DNA from: a virus
Lineage: Duplodnaviria > Caudoviricetes
IMG/VR virus record: IMGVR_UViG_3300044513_001130
Location: 1 to 51,648 of that record
Direction: 5' to 3' (one strand)
Length of the DNA: 51,648 nucleotides
Below the pieces are notes generated by a model, which was not told the DNA's origin, ran no database searches, and was given only the letters and a program-made list of their open reading frames with translations. The position numbers were made by a program, and so were the translations under genes. This document shows, in pieces, positions 9,765 to 17,782 of the stretch; the first letter of the stretch is position 1; the number at the start of each line of letters is the position of its first letter.

Positions 9765-11039
9765 CTATCTTTGTTCCAACCAGTTAAGAACTGCCAGTGC
9801 TGCTTTGTTAGTGTTGGGAGAGGCACACTCAAGAGTGTAGATATCACTCACAGTTCCCAAAGAACTTCTGCCAATCTGTAGTGCTGCCTTGTCGTCAAGT
9901 TCAATCAGACTAGCACCACCACCAACAGTAAAACCTGAGAGAATAGTTACACCACCAGTAGCAGCAGTCGCAGTGGTATTTACCTGAGTAATCGCATCTG
10001 GGTTTGGATGGTTTACCCAAGTGCCACCAGTAAGAGTTGCATTTTCTACCAACCTCCAGAATACATTCGTGTTATCGTTTGTTGCTACCTGTAGAGATCT
10101 TGGCAACACGATACCTGCCAAAGCACCAGCTTTTAGACGCAAACTCAAAACAGGGTAGAATGTATTTGCTGCTGTCAGTGTAGTGCCAGTGATGGGGTTG
10201 GCATAACTAACCAGTGTACCGAGTTTCTCTGGTTCACCTTCTTGGGTGAGAGAGTTAGAACCTTGATAGATGTAATGAGTTCCAGCAGCACCAGTTACAT
10301 TCTCTAACTCGCATCTGATTGGAAGGAATGGAGTGGAAGACCAAACATTGTTTACTCGGTTTGCGGTACTGAACTTATGAATAGCATGAGTTTCACCGTC
10401 AATAGTATAACTGAAGATTACTTGACCAGCACCATACCATTCATACTCAATGTTAATCATCTGGACTGCTTCTGGATCAGCAGTGATTTGACTATATCCG
10501 TTACCGTCTAACTTGTCACCATTCCAGTTATCTCTGGTTACTCTGGTTTCTACTACACTACCAGATGCTTTACTACGAAGAACACAAGAATATGTACCAC
10601 CATTATCCTCAAAGAACGCACCATTATTACCATCAAATACACCAAATCTTCTGCGAACTCCTGCTACTGGAGTCTCCAAACGAATAGCAAAAGATACCAG
10701 TGATACTCTACCAGGAATGTATCTCATTACAGCCCTGGTCTGTCTGATTACTTTGTCGCCAGCAGTGCTACCAACTGACATCGTGACATTGGAAGCATTG
10801 GGATTGTGAACCGCAGAAGCAGTGCCCGTAGTGCTGGTTTCCCAAACATCAGTTTCTAGACCATACTGGAATGTGTTAAAGAATGATGTCTGAAAGGGAG
10901 ATACCTTAAATCTATTCTTACCAGTAAACTGAGGTCTCCAATCAGTTTGCTGACCCCAATGGTCGGCAATATTGAATACCTCAAAAAGAGTTCTTTCTTG
11001 GTTTAGAAAGTCCTGTGTGTTCTTATTCCACTGTGCCAT
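9765..11039 (-). CDS. Hypothetical beta-rich protein, probably virion-associated (424 aa)
   Basis: Long ORF between gp16 and gp17. Confidence 0.8.
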   Translation of the reverse strand: MAQWNKNTQDFLNQERTLFEVFNIADHWGQQTDWRPQFTGKNRFKVSPFQTSFFNTFQYGLETDVWETSTTGTASAVHNPNASNVTMSVGSTAGDKVIRQTRAVMRYIPGRVSLVSFAIRLETPVAGVRRRFGVFDGNNGAFFEDNGGTYSCVLRSKASGSVVETRVTRDNWNGDKLDGNGYSQITADPEAVQMINIEYEWYGAGQVIFSYTIDGETHAIHKFSTANRVNNVWSSTPFLPIRCELENVTGAAGTHYIYQGSNSLTQEGEPEKLGTLVSYANPITGTTLTAANTFYPVLSLRLKAGALAGIVLPRSLQVATNDNTNVFWRLVENATLTGGTWVNHPNPDAITQVNTTATAATGGVTILSGFTVGGGASLIELDDKAALQIGRSSLGTVSDIYTLECASPNTNKAALAVLNWLEQR

Positions 11040-11042
11040 GAA

Positions 11043-11351
11043 TCACTCACTCCAACTTAGTCTTTCTGGTTGATACCTCTGTGCGTTTTTGATTCTTGAA
11101 GTATTTACCTGAGTTGGATAAACGTTGTGAACAATAGCTCCAGGGTATTCTCCCTGAATTTGTTCTGCAAGTTCATTCTTGGAGAGCATTTTACCCTCCA
11201 CTTCTAGACGATACATCTTTCCTTCCCAGACCACATCAGCAAAGAATGATTCTGCTGTCTGTTCTGGTTGAGAACCTCCTACATTGAGGGTTCCATTGAA
11301 ATCACCATTAATGGTGATACTTTCTGATAGAAACTGTTGAAAACTTTTCAT
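11043..11351 (-). CDS. Hypothetical protein with capsid-targeting-like N-terminus
   Basis: MKSFQQFLSE resembles the T4 internal-protein leader MKTYQEFIAE. Confidence 0.75.
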   Translation of the reverse strand: MKSFQQFLSESITINGDFNGTLNVGGSQPEQTAESFFADVVWEGKMYRLEVEGKMLSKNELAEQIQGEYPGAIVHNVYPTQVNTSRIKNAQRYQPERLSWSE

Positions 11352-11354
11352 TGA

Positions 11355-12947
11355 TTAGCACTTCCAGCGACGACGGGCTTTGCAAATTGCTTTATCGGGT
11401 GTTTTAGAGCAATCGATGTTATGCATGTCTTGCTGCCCCTTAGAGCGGGAGCAGAAGGACTTTCTACGCTTAGCATCCTTGCTGCCTGGTTTTGGATCAC
11501 CAGTTACAGCAGTCTTAAGTTTGGAACCTGGGTTCTCACGGCGATAAGTATCAACTGCTTTCTGACTCATACCATCAGTCTTATCCGACTTATTTACTTT
11601 CTGCCAGTCTTCCATAAACTGATTGAAAGTTTTTTCTTCCTTCTTTACACTAGGAAGTTCTGCCGTTTTACCTAACTTACTCTTTGCAACATCTCTTTCA
11701 CCACCAACACCAACATTAGCGAGTGTTCTGATTTTTTCTCTTCTCTTTAATTTATTATGAGCATCCTTATCAATGGTGAATGATTCTTTTACACAATTTG
11801 GAACCATTTTTCCACCTTTCTTTTTCATTCCAACTTGCTTATATCCAACCCAACATGGGTCACCACTTTTCTTTGCTTCAACTACTGGTTTGAACTGATT
11901 TGGTCCAATGATATCAATAACTTCTGCAAAAGTTTTTCCATTAGCATCTTCAATCTTAACAGACTCGTTATGCTCACCACTATCAACATAATCTGCAGCA
12001 GTATCTAAGTAATCTGCCGCTTTTGTGATCTTAGACTGGACCCATGCCTCAAGATTTCCCTCCCCCTTACCAACTTTTTTCTTCAGTCTTTTTGCTGCAG
12101 CAATGACTGTGGAAATCTCCGAGCGAGCCATTGAATATTCGTGATCTTTTTCTTCTTTTCTGGTTCTTTCTGCTTTCTTACGCTTAGCAAACTGCATATA
12201 AGTTTCACCTGGTTTTAGGCGATTGCTATAATCTGGTTTTCTTTGTGGAGATGATGAAGGACCATCTTCACGAGCACGCTGGTTTGGACCAGGACCACCA
12301 AGTCTTCTATCTTTTTCGGGATCAGGATGCCAAAAGTCACCACGCTCATTGATGGTTTCTTCGCTCTTGGTTCCCCAATTAGCAGCACCTACTTTACGGC
12401 ACTTGACCAGAGCACCAGAAGCATATGCACTTGGCCAAACAGAATAGCGTGATTTGACCTTGTTGTAACAGGCATCTTTTTTGCCGCTACCTTTACCGGG
12501 TTTATCTTTTGCTTCGGTTACAGTTCCCTCCAGACACTGGCAGGGATCATATCCGCATATAGGACAGAGTTCCATTTCTTCCTTTCTAACCTTTCTATCA
12601 GTTTTTACCATAGTTGGTTTAGATGCACCAGATTTATCTTGTTGTCCTGGATCTTCACTTCTTTTTGCACGTTGAGCAGCAAGTCTCTCTTTCTTAGACA
12701 TACTTGCTCTTTTAGCAGAAGAAACACATTTTGGAATTCCTTCACCAGGTTTGTCGCTTGCACAAGAATCTCCTGTTACAACATTAACCCAACCTTTCTT
12801 TCCGTCTTTTGACTTGGACTTACCAAACCAATCGCGGAGACCTTCCTCATCAAGTTTCTTTTTGCGACCCTGACAATGAGCACGCTGAGAAAATCCTTTT
12901 GGATTATCACAGTCAATAGACTTCTTGTACTTCTCAGACCAACTCAT
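11355..12947 (-). CDS. Lys/Cys-rich multi-module protein, candidate internal head polyprotein (530 aa)
   Basis: Basic Cys-containing modules separated by Glu-ending linkers. Confidence 0.8.
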   Translation of the reverse strand: MSWSEKYKKSIDCDNPKGFSQRAHCQGRKKKLDEEGLRDWFGKSKSKDGKKGWVNVVTGDSCASDKPGEGIPKCVSSAKRASMSKKERLAAQRAKRSEDPGQQDKSGASKPTMVKTDRKVRKEEMELCPICGYDPCQCLEGTVTEAKDKPGKGSGKKDACYNKVKSRYSVWPSAYASGALVKCRKVGAANWGTKSEETINERGDFWHPDPEKDRRLGGPGPNQRAREDGPSSSPQRKPDYSNRLKPGETYMQFAKRKKAERTRKEEKDHEYSMARSEISTVIAAAKRLKKKVGKGEGNLEAWVQSKITKAADYLDTAADYVDSGEHNESVKIEDANGKTFAEVIDIIGPNQFKPVVEAKKSGDPCWVGYKQVGMKKKGGKMVPNCVKESFTIDKDAHNKLKRREKIRTLANVGVGGERDVAKSKLGKTAELPSVKKEEKTFNQFMEDWQKVNKSDKTDGMSQKAVDTYRRENPGSKLKTAVTGDPKPGSKDAKRRKSFCSRSKGQQDMHNIDCSKTPDKAICKARRRWKC

Positions 12948-12953
12948 TAGAAT

Positions 12954-13379
12954 TTAAGATTCTTCTTTATTATTTAGAAAACCTTGTTTGAGTAGTTTTT
13001 GCAATTCTGAGGTTGATCCAACAAACACTGCATTATTAGTAACTGTATTTGGTCCCTTATTGCCGACTTCTTCTTCAACGTCTTTTAATTTCTTCTGGAG
13101 ATCTATCAATTTATCTGTAGTATCAGCGACACTTTTAATCAATTGACCAGCAACTTCATATGCTCTGGGACTTCCACCTTCACCCGCAAGTTCCATGATT
13201 CCATTGATTGCTTCCTGTCCCTTTTCAATCAATGAATATAAATTTGCTCTTGTATATTCATAGTCTTTTTTAATATCAGTCTTCTGCTCAGGTTTTTGAA
13301 TACTTCTAGGAGTATCATCAACCTCAACAATACTGCTCTCAACATTTAGAGCATTGCTAATAGAATCAAATTCAGACAT
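12954..13379 (-). CDS. gp16: Terminase small subunit
   Basis: DYEYTRANL, SPRAYEVAGQLIK and FVGSTSELQK motifs. Confidence 0.95.
   Translation of the reverse strand: MSEFDSISNALNVESSIVEVDDTPRSIQKPEQKTDIKKDYEYTRANLYSLIEKGQEAINGIMELAGEGGSPRAYEVAGQLIKSVADTTDKLIDLQKKLKDVEEEVGNKGPNTVTNNAVFVGSTSELQKLLKQGFLNNKEES
12971..12977 (-). promoter_or_regulatory. Late promoter variant CTAAATA
   Basis: In the gp16 3' end, upstream of the 530-aa gene. Confidence 0.5.
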
Positions 13380-13385
13380 AAGTTA

Positions 13386-14183
13386 TTAAATATCAATTTG
13401 TTGTGTTGGACTATAAGACTTAGAATCCTGGAAGAATTCCAACTCTCCACTAAATCCAAAATCGTCATCTGGACCAGCATCAATTGGATCTGGAATAACG
13501 GTATATCTCATTTCACGTTTGGAAGTGGTTCTATCAACTCCAGAATGATAATCAACTTGAACTTTTTTGATAAGTCCATCAGTGCTATCTGCAACTGGAC
13601 CAAACAGATATGTTTTAGCAGTAAAGTTTAGAGTATAAATTAGTGCTCGTCTAGTTGAAAAATCACCTTCATAATCATCTTGAAATGAAATATTATCCAA
13701 GGTTAGTGGGATATCTCTTTTTTCACCAATAGATTCTACCAAATCAACACTCAAATTAAATGAAGGTTGGAAATATGGTAAAATTTGCTCTACAATCTGT
13801 AAAGCATCATCATTTAACTTGCAAAGCACATTCAGTTCAAATCCAATATTGTATGGGACAGGCATAAAAACCTTTTTAAGATTAGTTCCATCAGATGCCT
13901 TAAATGATTGAGTTACACCAACCTTTCTTGAAGAATCATACTGTATACTGGTCATCTCAAAAGACATTCTTGGTAATGTTATTTGAACAGGTTTGTTCAA
14001 ATCTCCTTGTTGATCAACACGAGCAAGAAACTTTTGTGTTGGACCATATGCTAAAGGAACTCTCATTTCATTGTAAATACCACCATCACCATCTTTGTGC
14101 TTGATAGAAATCTGATTGAAGATTGTGCCAAAAGAAATGATAGTTTTTCTTATGATTTGGTGATAGTAATAAGTTCCTAACAT
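13386..14183 (-). CDS. gp15: Tail sheath stabilizer/completion protein
   Basis: VPLAYGPTQKFLAR, LPRMSFE and QIVEQILPYFQP motifs. Confidence 0.95.
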   Translation of the reverse strand: MLGTYYYHQIIRKTIISFGTIFNQISIKHKDGDGGIYNEMRVPLAYGPTQKFLARVDQQGDLNKPVQITLPRMSFEMTSIQYDSSRKVGVTQSFKASDGTNLKKVFMPVPYNIGFELNVLCKLNDDALQIVEQILPYFQPSFNLSVDLVESIGEKRDIPLTLDNISFQDDYEGDFSTRRALIYTLNFTAKTYLFGPVADSTDGLIKKVQVDYHSGVDRTTSKREMRYTVIPDPIDAGPDDDFGFSGELEFFQDSKSYSPTQQIDI

Positions 14184-15583
14184 TAATAGTTACCAAAAGG
14201 ATTTGATTCTGTGAAATCTACAATAAGATCTGCTTCTTGTTCGATTTCATCATTCTGTTCGTATTTATCAGTAAATTTAGCACTTACTTCGTAGTGTACG
14301 CTATAAGTTGCTGAAGATGCCGCACCAACAATAATGTCCCCAGGAACAAATTTACCATCAGTTGTTCCAATTTTGAGAATATTTGTATCCTTGTCCCAGG
14401 TTTTAACTCTTCCTTTAGAACCAGAAATAGATCCGGTTACAAGTTCGTTAAACTGGAATGTGCCAATACCAGTAATTACTGGTGGTGGATCTATTGTCAC
14501 TGTAACTGGAATTTGATATCTATATCCAGCATCTCTAATAAACGCTCCTGATACTGATCCAGTTGTTGTAATAGCAACAGTTCCCGTAGCACTAAGACCT
14601 GCACCAACAAGATCACTAGTAAAAGTAATATTTGGTGGTGTTGGATATCCAGATCCTGGATTTGTTATAATAACACTTCCAATACCTGAGAAAATTGTAA
14701 CTAGATCACAAGTTGCTGCAGCACCAACACCATTACCACCTGTGAAAGTAATTGAAGGAGTAACAGTATATCCAGCTCCAGTGTTTGTGAGAAGAACTTC
14801 TTTTATAGAGTAAATACCATTGACACTTGTAGTAATAGCAACAGCAGTTGCGTCTACTCCATCGGGAGGTGCTGTAGAAATAGAAACAATTGGTGCCTCA
14901 GTATAACCATAACCATCATTTGTTAAAATTACTCTTCTAACAAAACCAGAAGTATCTGTTGCGATTCCTGTAGCCTGTTCTCCAAGAGCAAACAACTGTA
15001 AAGATGTAATATACCCAAAATTTTCTAATGTAGAATCTATCTCATCTGTTGTTGTATTGAGATTATCCCATCCACCCATCTCATCTTCATATTCAAAGAG
15101 TTCGCATTGAAGTTCATAAACATATGTTTTTCCAAGTTGATAAAATGGTTTTTCATGCTCTACAAACTTGACTTCAAATAGTCTTTTGCCCAGAGGAAAA
15201 TAAATTACATCACCTTCCCTTGGTCTAGCAGATACACCACCAGTTTCACTTGCTGGTAAAGTACCCAAAAATGTTCCTATAAAATCTTCAAATCTTTCTT
15301 TTGATATGATGAGACTTAATTCATCTCTTAAACTCATACCAAATTTGGTAAGTACATCTCCTGCACCACTATATCCCTCATAATTATTAACATACGCTTC
15401 AATACCAAAATTATCGTCAAATTTTGATGTTGTTACTTCTTCAATAATACTTTCTCTTCTTACATATTTTCTAGGAATATAAATGACTTCAACTCCATAA
15501 ATTTTGAGTTGCTCATTTATTAGTTCTTGTATTAACCTCTGTTCTCCAGGAGAACCTTGTAAAAAGAAGGGATTTAGTGCCAT
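14183..15583 (-). CDS. gp14: Neck protein
   Basis: PREGDVIYFP and FEVKFVEHEKPFYQLGK motifs; C-terminal ESNPFG. Confidence 0.93.
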   Translation of the reverse strand: MALNPFFLQGSPGEQRLIQELINEQLKIYGVEVIYIPRKYVRRESIIEEVTTSKFDDNFGIEAYVNNYEGYSGAGDVLTKFGMSLRDELSLIISKERFEDFIGTFLGTLPASETGGVSARPREGDVIYFPLGKRLFEVKFVEHEKPFYQLGKTYVYELQCELFEYEDEMGGWDNLNTTTDEIDSTLENFGYITSLQLFALGEQATGIATDTSGFVRRVILTNDGYGYTEAPIVSISTAPPDGVDATAVAITTSVNGIYSIKEVLLTNTGAGYTVTPSITFTGGNGVGAAATCDLVTIFSGIGSVIITNPGSGYPTPPNITFTSDLVGAGLSATGTVAITTTGSVSGAFIRDAGYRYQIPVTVTIDPPPVITGIGTFQFNELVTGSISGSKGRVKTWDKDTNILKIGTTDGKFVPGDIIVGAASSATYSVHYEVSAKFTDKYEQNDEIEQEADLIVDFTESNPFGNY

Positions 15584-16428
15584 TATCCAATAAGATCGAA
15601 GGGTGGTAATTCATAATCCGTATTCATTCGCTGTCTTATAGATTCCAATTCTCTCTCAGCATCCTCATATAATTCTCTACCATTGAGTTCAATTCCACCA
15701 GGAAGCTTAACTCCTCTAAATTTAATCAGGTTTTGACCCCACTGACGCTTAATTAATGCTGTTAGATACATCTTTAAGAAACTATCATTATAGACACCAG
15801 TATAAGTATCTGGATCTAAAATTCTATAACAATCGATTACAAAATATGTATCTAATGATTGCGCTCCCCAATCTATATCTAAGTATAATCTGTCCTGTCT
15901 CTTATTATATCTAAGTTGCTTATCTGTAGTTAAGAGATGATCAATATCTTCCAGATAACTCTTAACCATAGAATACTGTAGTAATTCTACTGAGTTAAAA
16001 TAATATAAATCGTTTAAAAATAACTGATATTTTATACTAAACATTCCACCCGATATTGAACTAGTATCAAATTTGAATACCTTCTCAATACCAATAACTG
16101 AATCTGGAATTTGTATAAAATTAGAATTCTCGTAAAAGTTTGATGTTATGGATCCAATACCACTAACATTCGTTGATGTTGCTGTAGTAGTTACAACTCC
16201 TACACCATCTGTATTTTTAGCTCTGCCTCTATCCAGGTCTTCCTGAGTAATTTTATATTTCAAATACATTCTCTCAACACCATCAAAGTGGCGCTCTTGG
16301 AAGTATTGAAGAGCATCATCCACCAGATCATCAATCTGATCATCATCAACATTAATTTCTAAAACAGGCGCTCCAAGTCTTCTAAGACAATAATCTATTA
16401 ACTGTTGTCTAGTTGCTGGTTTAGCCAT
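15583..16428 (-). CDS. gp13: Neck protein
   Basis: YCLRRLGAPVLEINV and QWGQNLIKF..LPGG motifs. Confidence 0.95.
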   Translation of the reverse strand: MAKPATRQQLIDYCLRRLGAPVLEINVDDDQIDDLVDDALQYFQERHFDGVERMYLKYKITQEDLDRGRAKNTDGVGVVTTTATSTNVSGIGSITSNFYENSNFIQIPDSVIGIEKVFKFDTSSISGGMFSIKYQLFLNDLYYFNSVELLQYSMVKSYLEDIDHLLTTDKQLRYNKRQDRLYLDIDWGAQSLDTYFVIDCYRILDPDTYTGVYNDSFLKMYLTALIKRQWGQNLIKFRGVKLPGGIELNGRELYEDAERELESIRQRMNTDYELPPFDLIG

Positions 16429-17039
16429 CAGTATGTACCTCCATCTATAGCGTTTGACCAGGATGGTACTCCTGATTCATTTGTTGTTAGTATTAAATTT
16501 GATCCTGTTAAAGAAGGACTTGATGAAGATTCTGTCGATACGATATAATTTTCGCTATCAAAATATGGTATGCCATATGTATTTGCAGAATCATAATATA
16601 TAGATGAATAAAAATATGCATCACCATAGATTGACGTATCATTGTAAAATCTAGCATTACCAAAAGTTGATACGCCAACGAAAGTTGATATTCCTGATAT
16701 GTATAAATTTTGTAAAGATACATTACCACTACTAATATTTGCAGTAGTAATACCTACAGTGTTAATTACTAAATTATCAGTAAAAGTTGATACACCAGTT
16801 ACATATAAATTTGATAGTGAAGCAATTCCACTATTAATATTTACAGACCCTAAGGTGGAGATACCACTAACATAGAGTTGAGTTATTGATCCAATTCCAC
16901 CTATTACATTTATACTATTTTCAGAATCTGTTGCAAAATTAGATCCACCAGCAGAGCTGGACAAAACCTTTACTGCATTTTCTTGTCCAACTCTAACAGA
17001 AACATTACTTGTTGTAGTACTAACTCTTATGTTAGACAT
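16428..17039 (-). CDS. Virion structural/fiber-like protein (203 aa)
   Basis: Repeated LYVSGIST/GVSTF motifs; ends IDGGTY. Confidence 0.75.
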   Translation of the reverse strand: MSNIRVSTTTSNVSVRVGQENAVKVLSSSAGGSNFATDSENSINVIGGIGSITQLYVSGISTLGSVNINSGIASLSNLYVTGVSTFTDNLVINTVGITTANISSGNVSLQNLYISGISTFVGVSTFGNARFYNDTSIYGDAYFYSSIYYDSANTYGIPYFDSENYIVSTESSSSPSLTGSNLILTTNESGVPSWSNAIDGGTY

Positions 17040-17380
17040 TACCTAGTAACTCCCTCTCTTACCAAAACCATACCTTCAACAACTCTGGTTTTTGTAGAAC
17101 CTATCGTAACGATCACGTCGTAAACATATCTTCCCGGTTTTATATCTGCAGTTTGAGAATCTGTTAATTGAAGAATTATTTGACCAGATGTTTTTGGAAC
17201 CACAATAGTGGTAGTAAAATCAATAGCGGTAGAACTACCAGAATGCTTTCTCATTTGTGCAGAAACTGTAGCACTAGTCAAGTCATAAGCTGAGCTAGAA
17301 TTAGTATCTTCTAAAGTGAAAGTCTGAGAAAAATCAGTTCCAGCATTAACAACTAGATTGCTAACATATACTGCAGCCAT
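17039..17380 (-). CDS. Virion structural protein (113 aa, beta-sandwich)
   Basis: GTDFSQTF...GRYVYDV...RVVEG pattern. Confidence 0.8.
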   Translation of the reverse strand: MAAVYVSNLVVNAGTDFSQTFTLEDTNSSSAYDLTSATVSAQMRKHSGSSTAIDFTTTIVVPKTSGQIILQLTDSQTADIKPGRYVYDVIVTIGSTKTRVVEGMVLVREGVTR

Positions 17381-17404
17381 TTATAAAAAATTACCTCTAC
17401 TCTT

Positions 17405-17412
17405 TATTTATA
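17405..17412 (-). promoter_or_regulatory. Late promoter TATAAATA
   Basis: Exact consensus, intergenic. Confidence 0.8.
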
Positions 17413-17589
17413 TTATGGTTTAATGCCGAGTGTGAGAAGAGTTTCTTGCTGTGCAAAATATAACTTTACATATGATTTTGCGACGTTTTTTAATCTTTCA
17501 ATATCATCACAATTATCAATTTCCCTAGCAAGTTTTTCATATTCAAATAATTTTGAAAAACTTTCTAAATTAATTTTTGATGGGTCCAT
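17413..17589 (-). CDS. Small helical protein, NblA-like (58 aa)
   Basis: Manually found ORF MDPSKINLESFSKLFEYEKLAREIDNCDDIERLKNVAKSYVKLYFAQQETLLTLGIKP fills the gap; the NblA resemblance is by eye. Confidence 0.65.
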   Translation of the reverse strand: MDPSKINLESFSKLFEYEKLAREIDNCDDIERLKNVAKSYVKLYFAQQETLLTLGIKP

Positions 17590-17782
17590 TTTGATTCATT
17601 AACTCCTTCAATAATGATTTAATTTCTAAAATATCATCTTTTAGATGATCTATTTCTTTTTTTTGCAATTCTCTTTTTTGTTTTGATATCAAATGTTGCT
17701 CATAAGCGTTTTGATCGTGATTTATTATAGCACCACTATCCTCATCTCTGTAAAGATGAGGATTTCCTTCTACTGGTATCAT
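17570..17782 (-). CDS. Hypothetical protein (70 aa, C-terminal coiled coil)
   Basis: ATGA-coupled to the upstream gene. Confidence 0.8.
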   Translation of the reverse strand: MIPVEGNPHLYRDEDSGAIINHDQNAYEQHLISKQKRELQKKEIDHLKDDILEIKSLLKELMNQNGPIKN

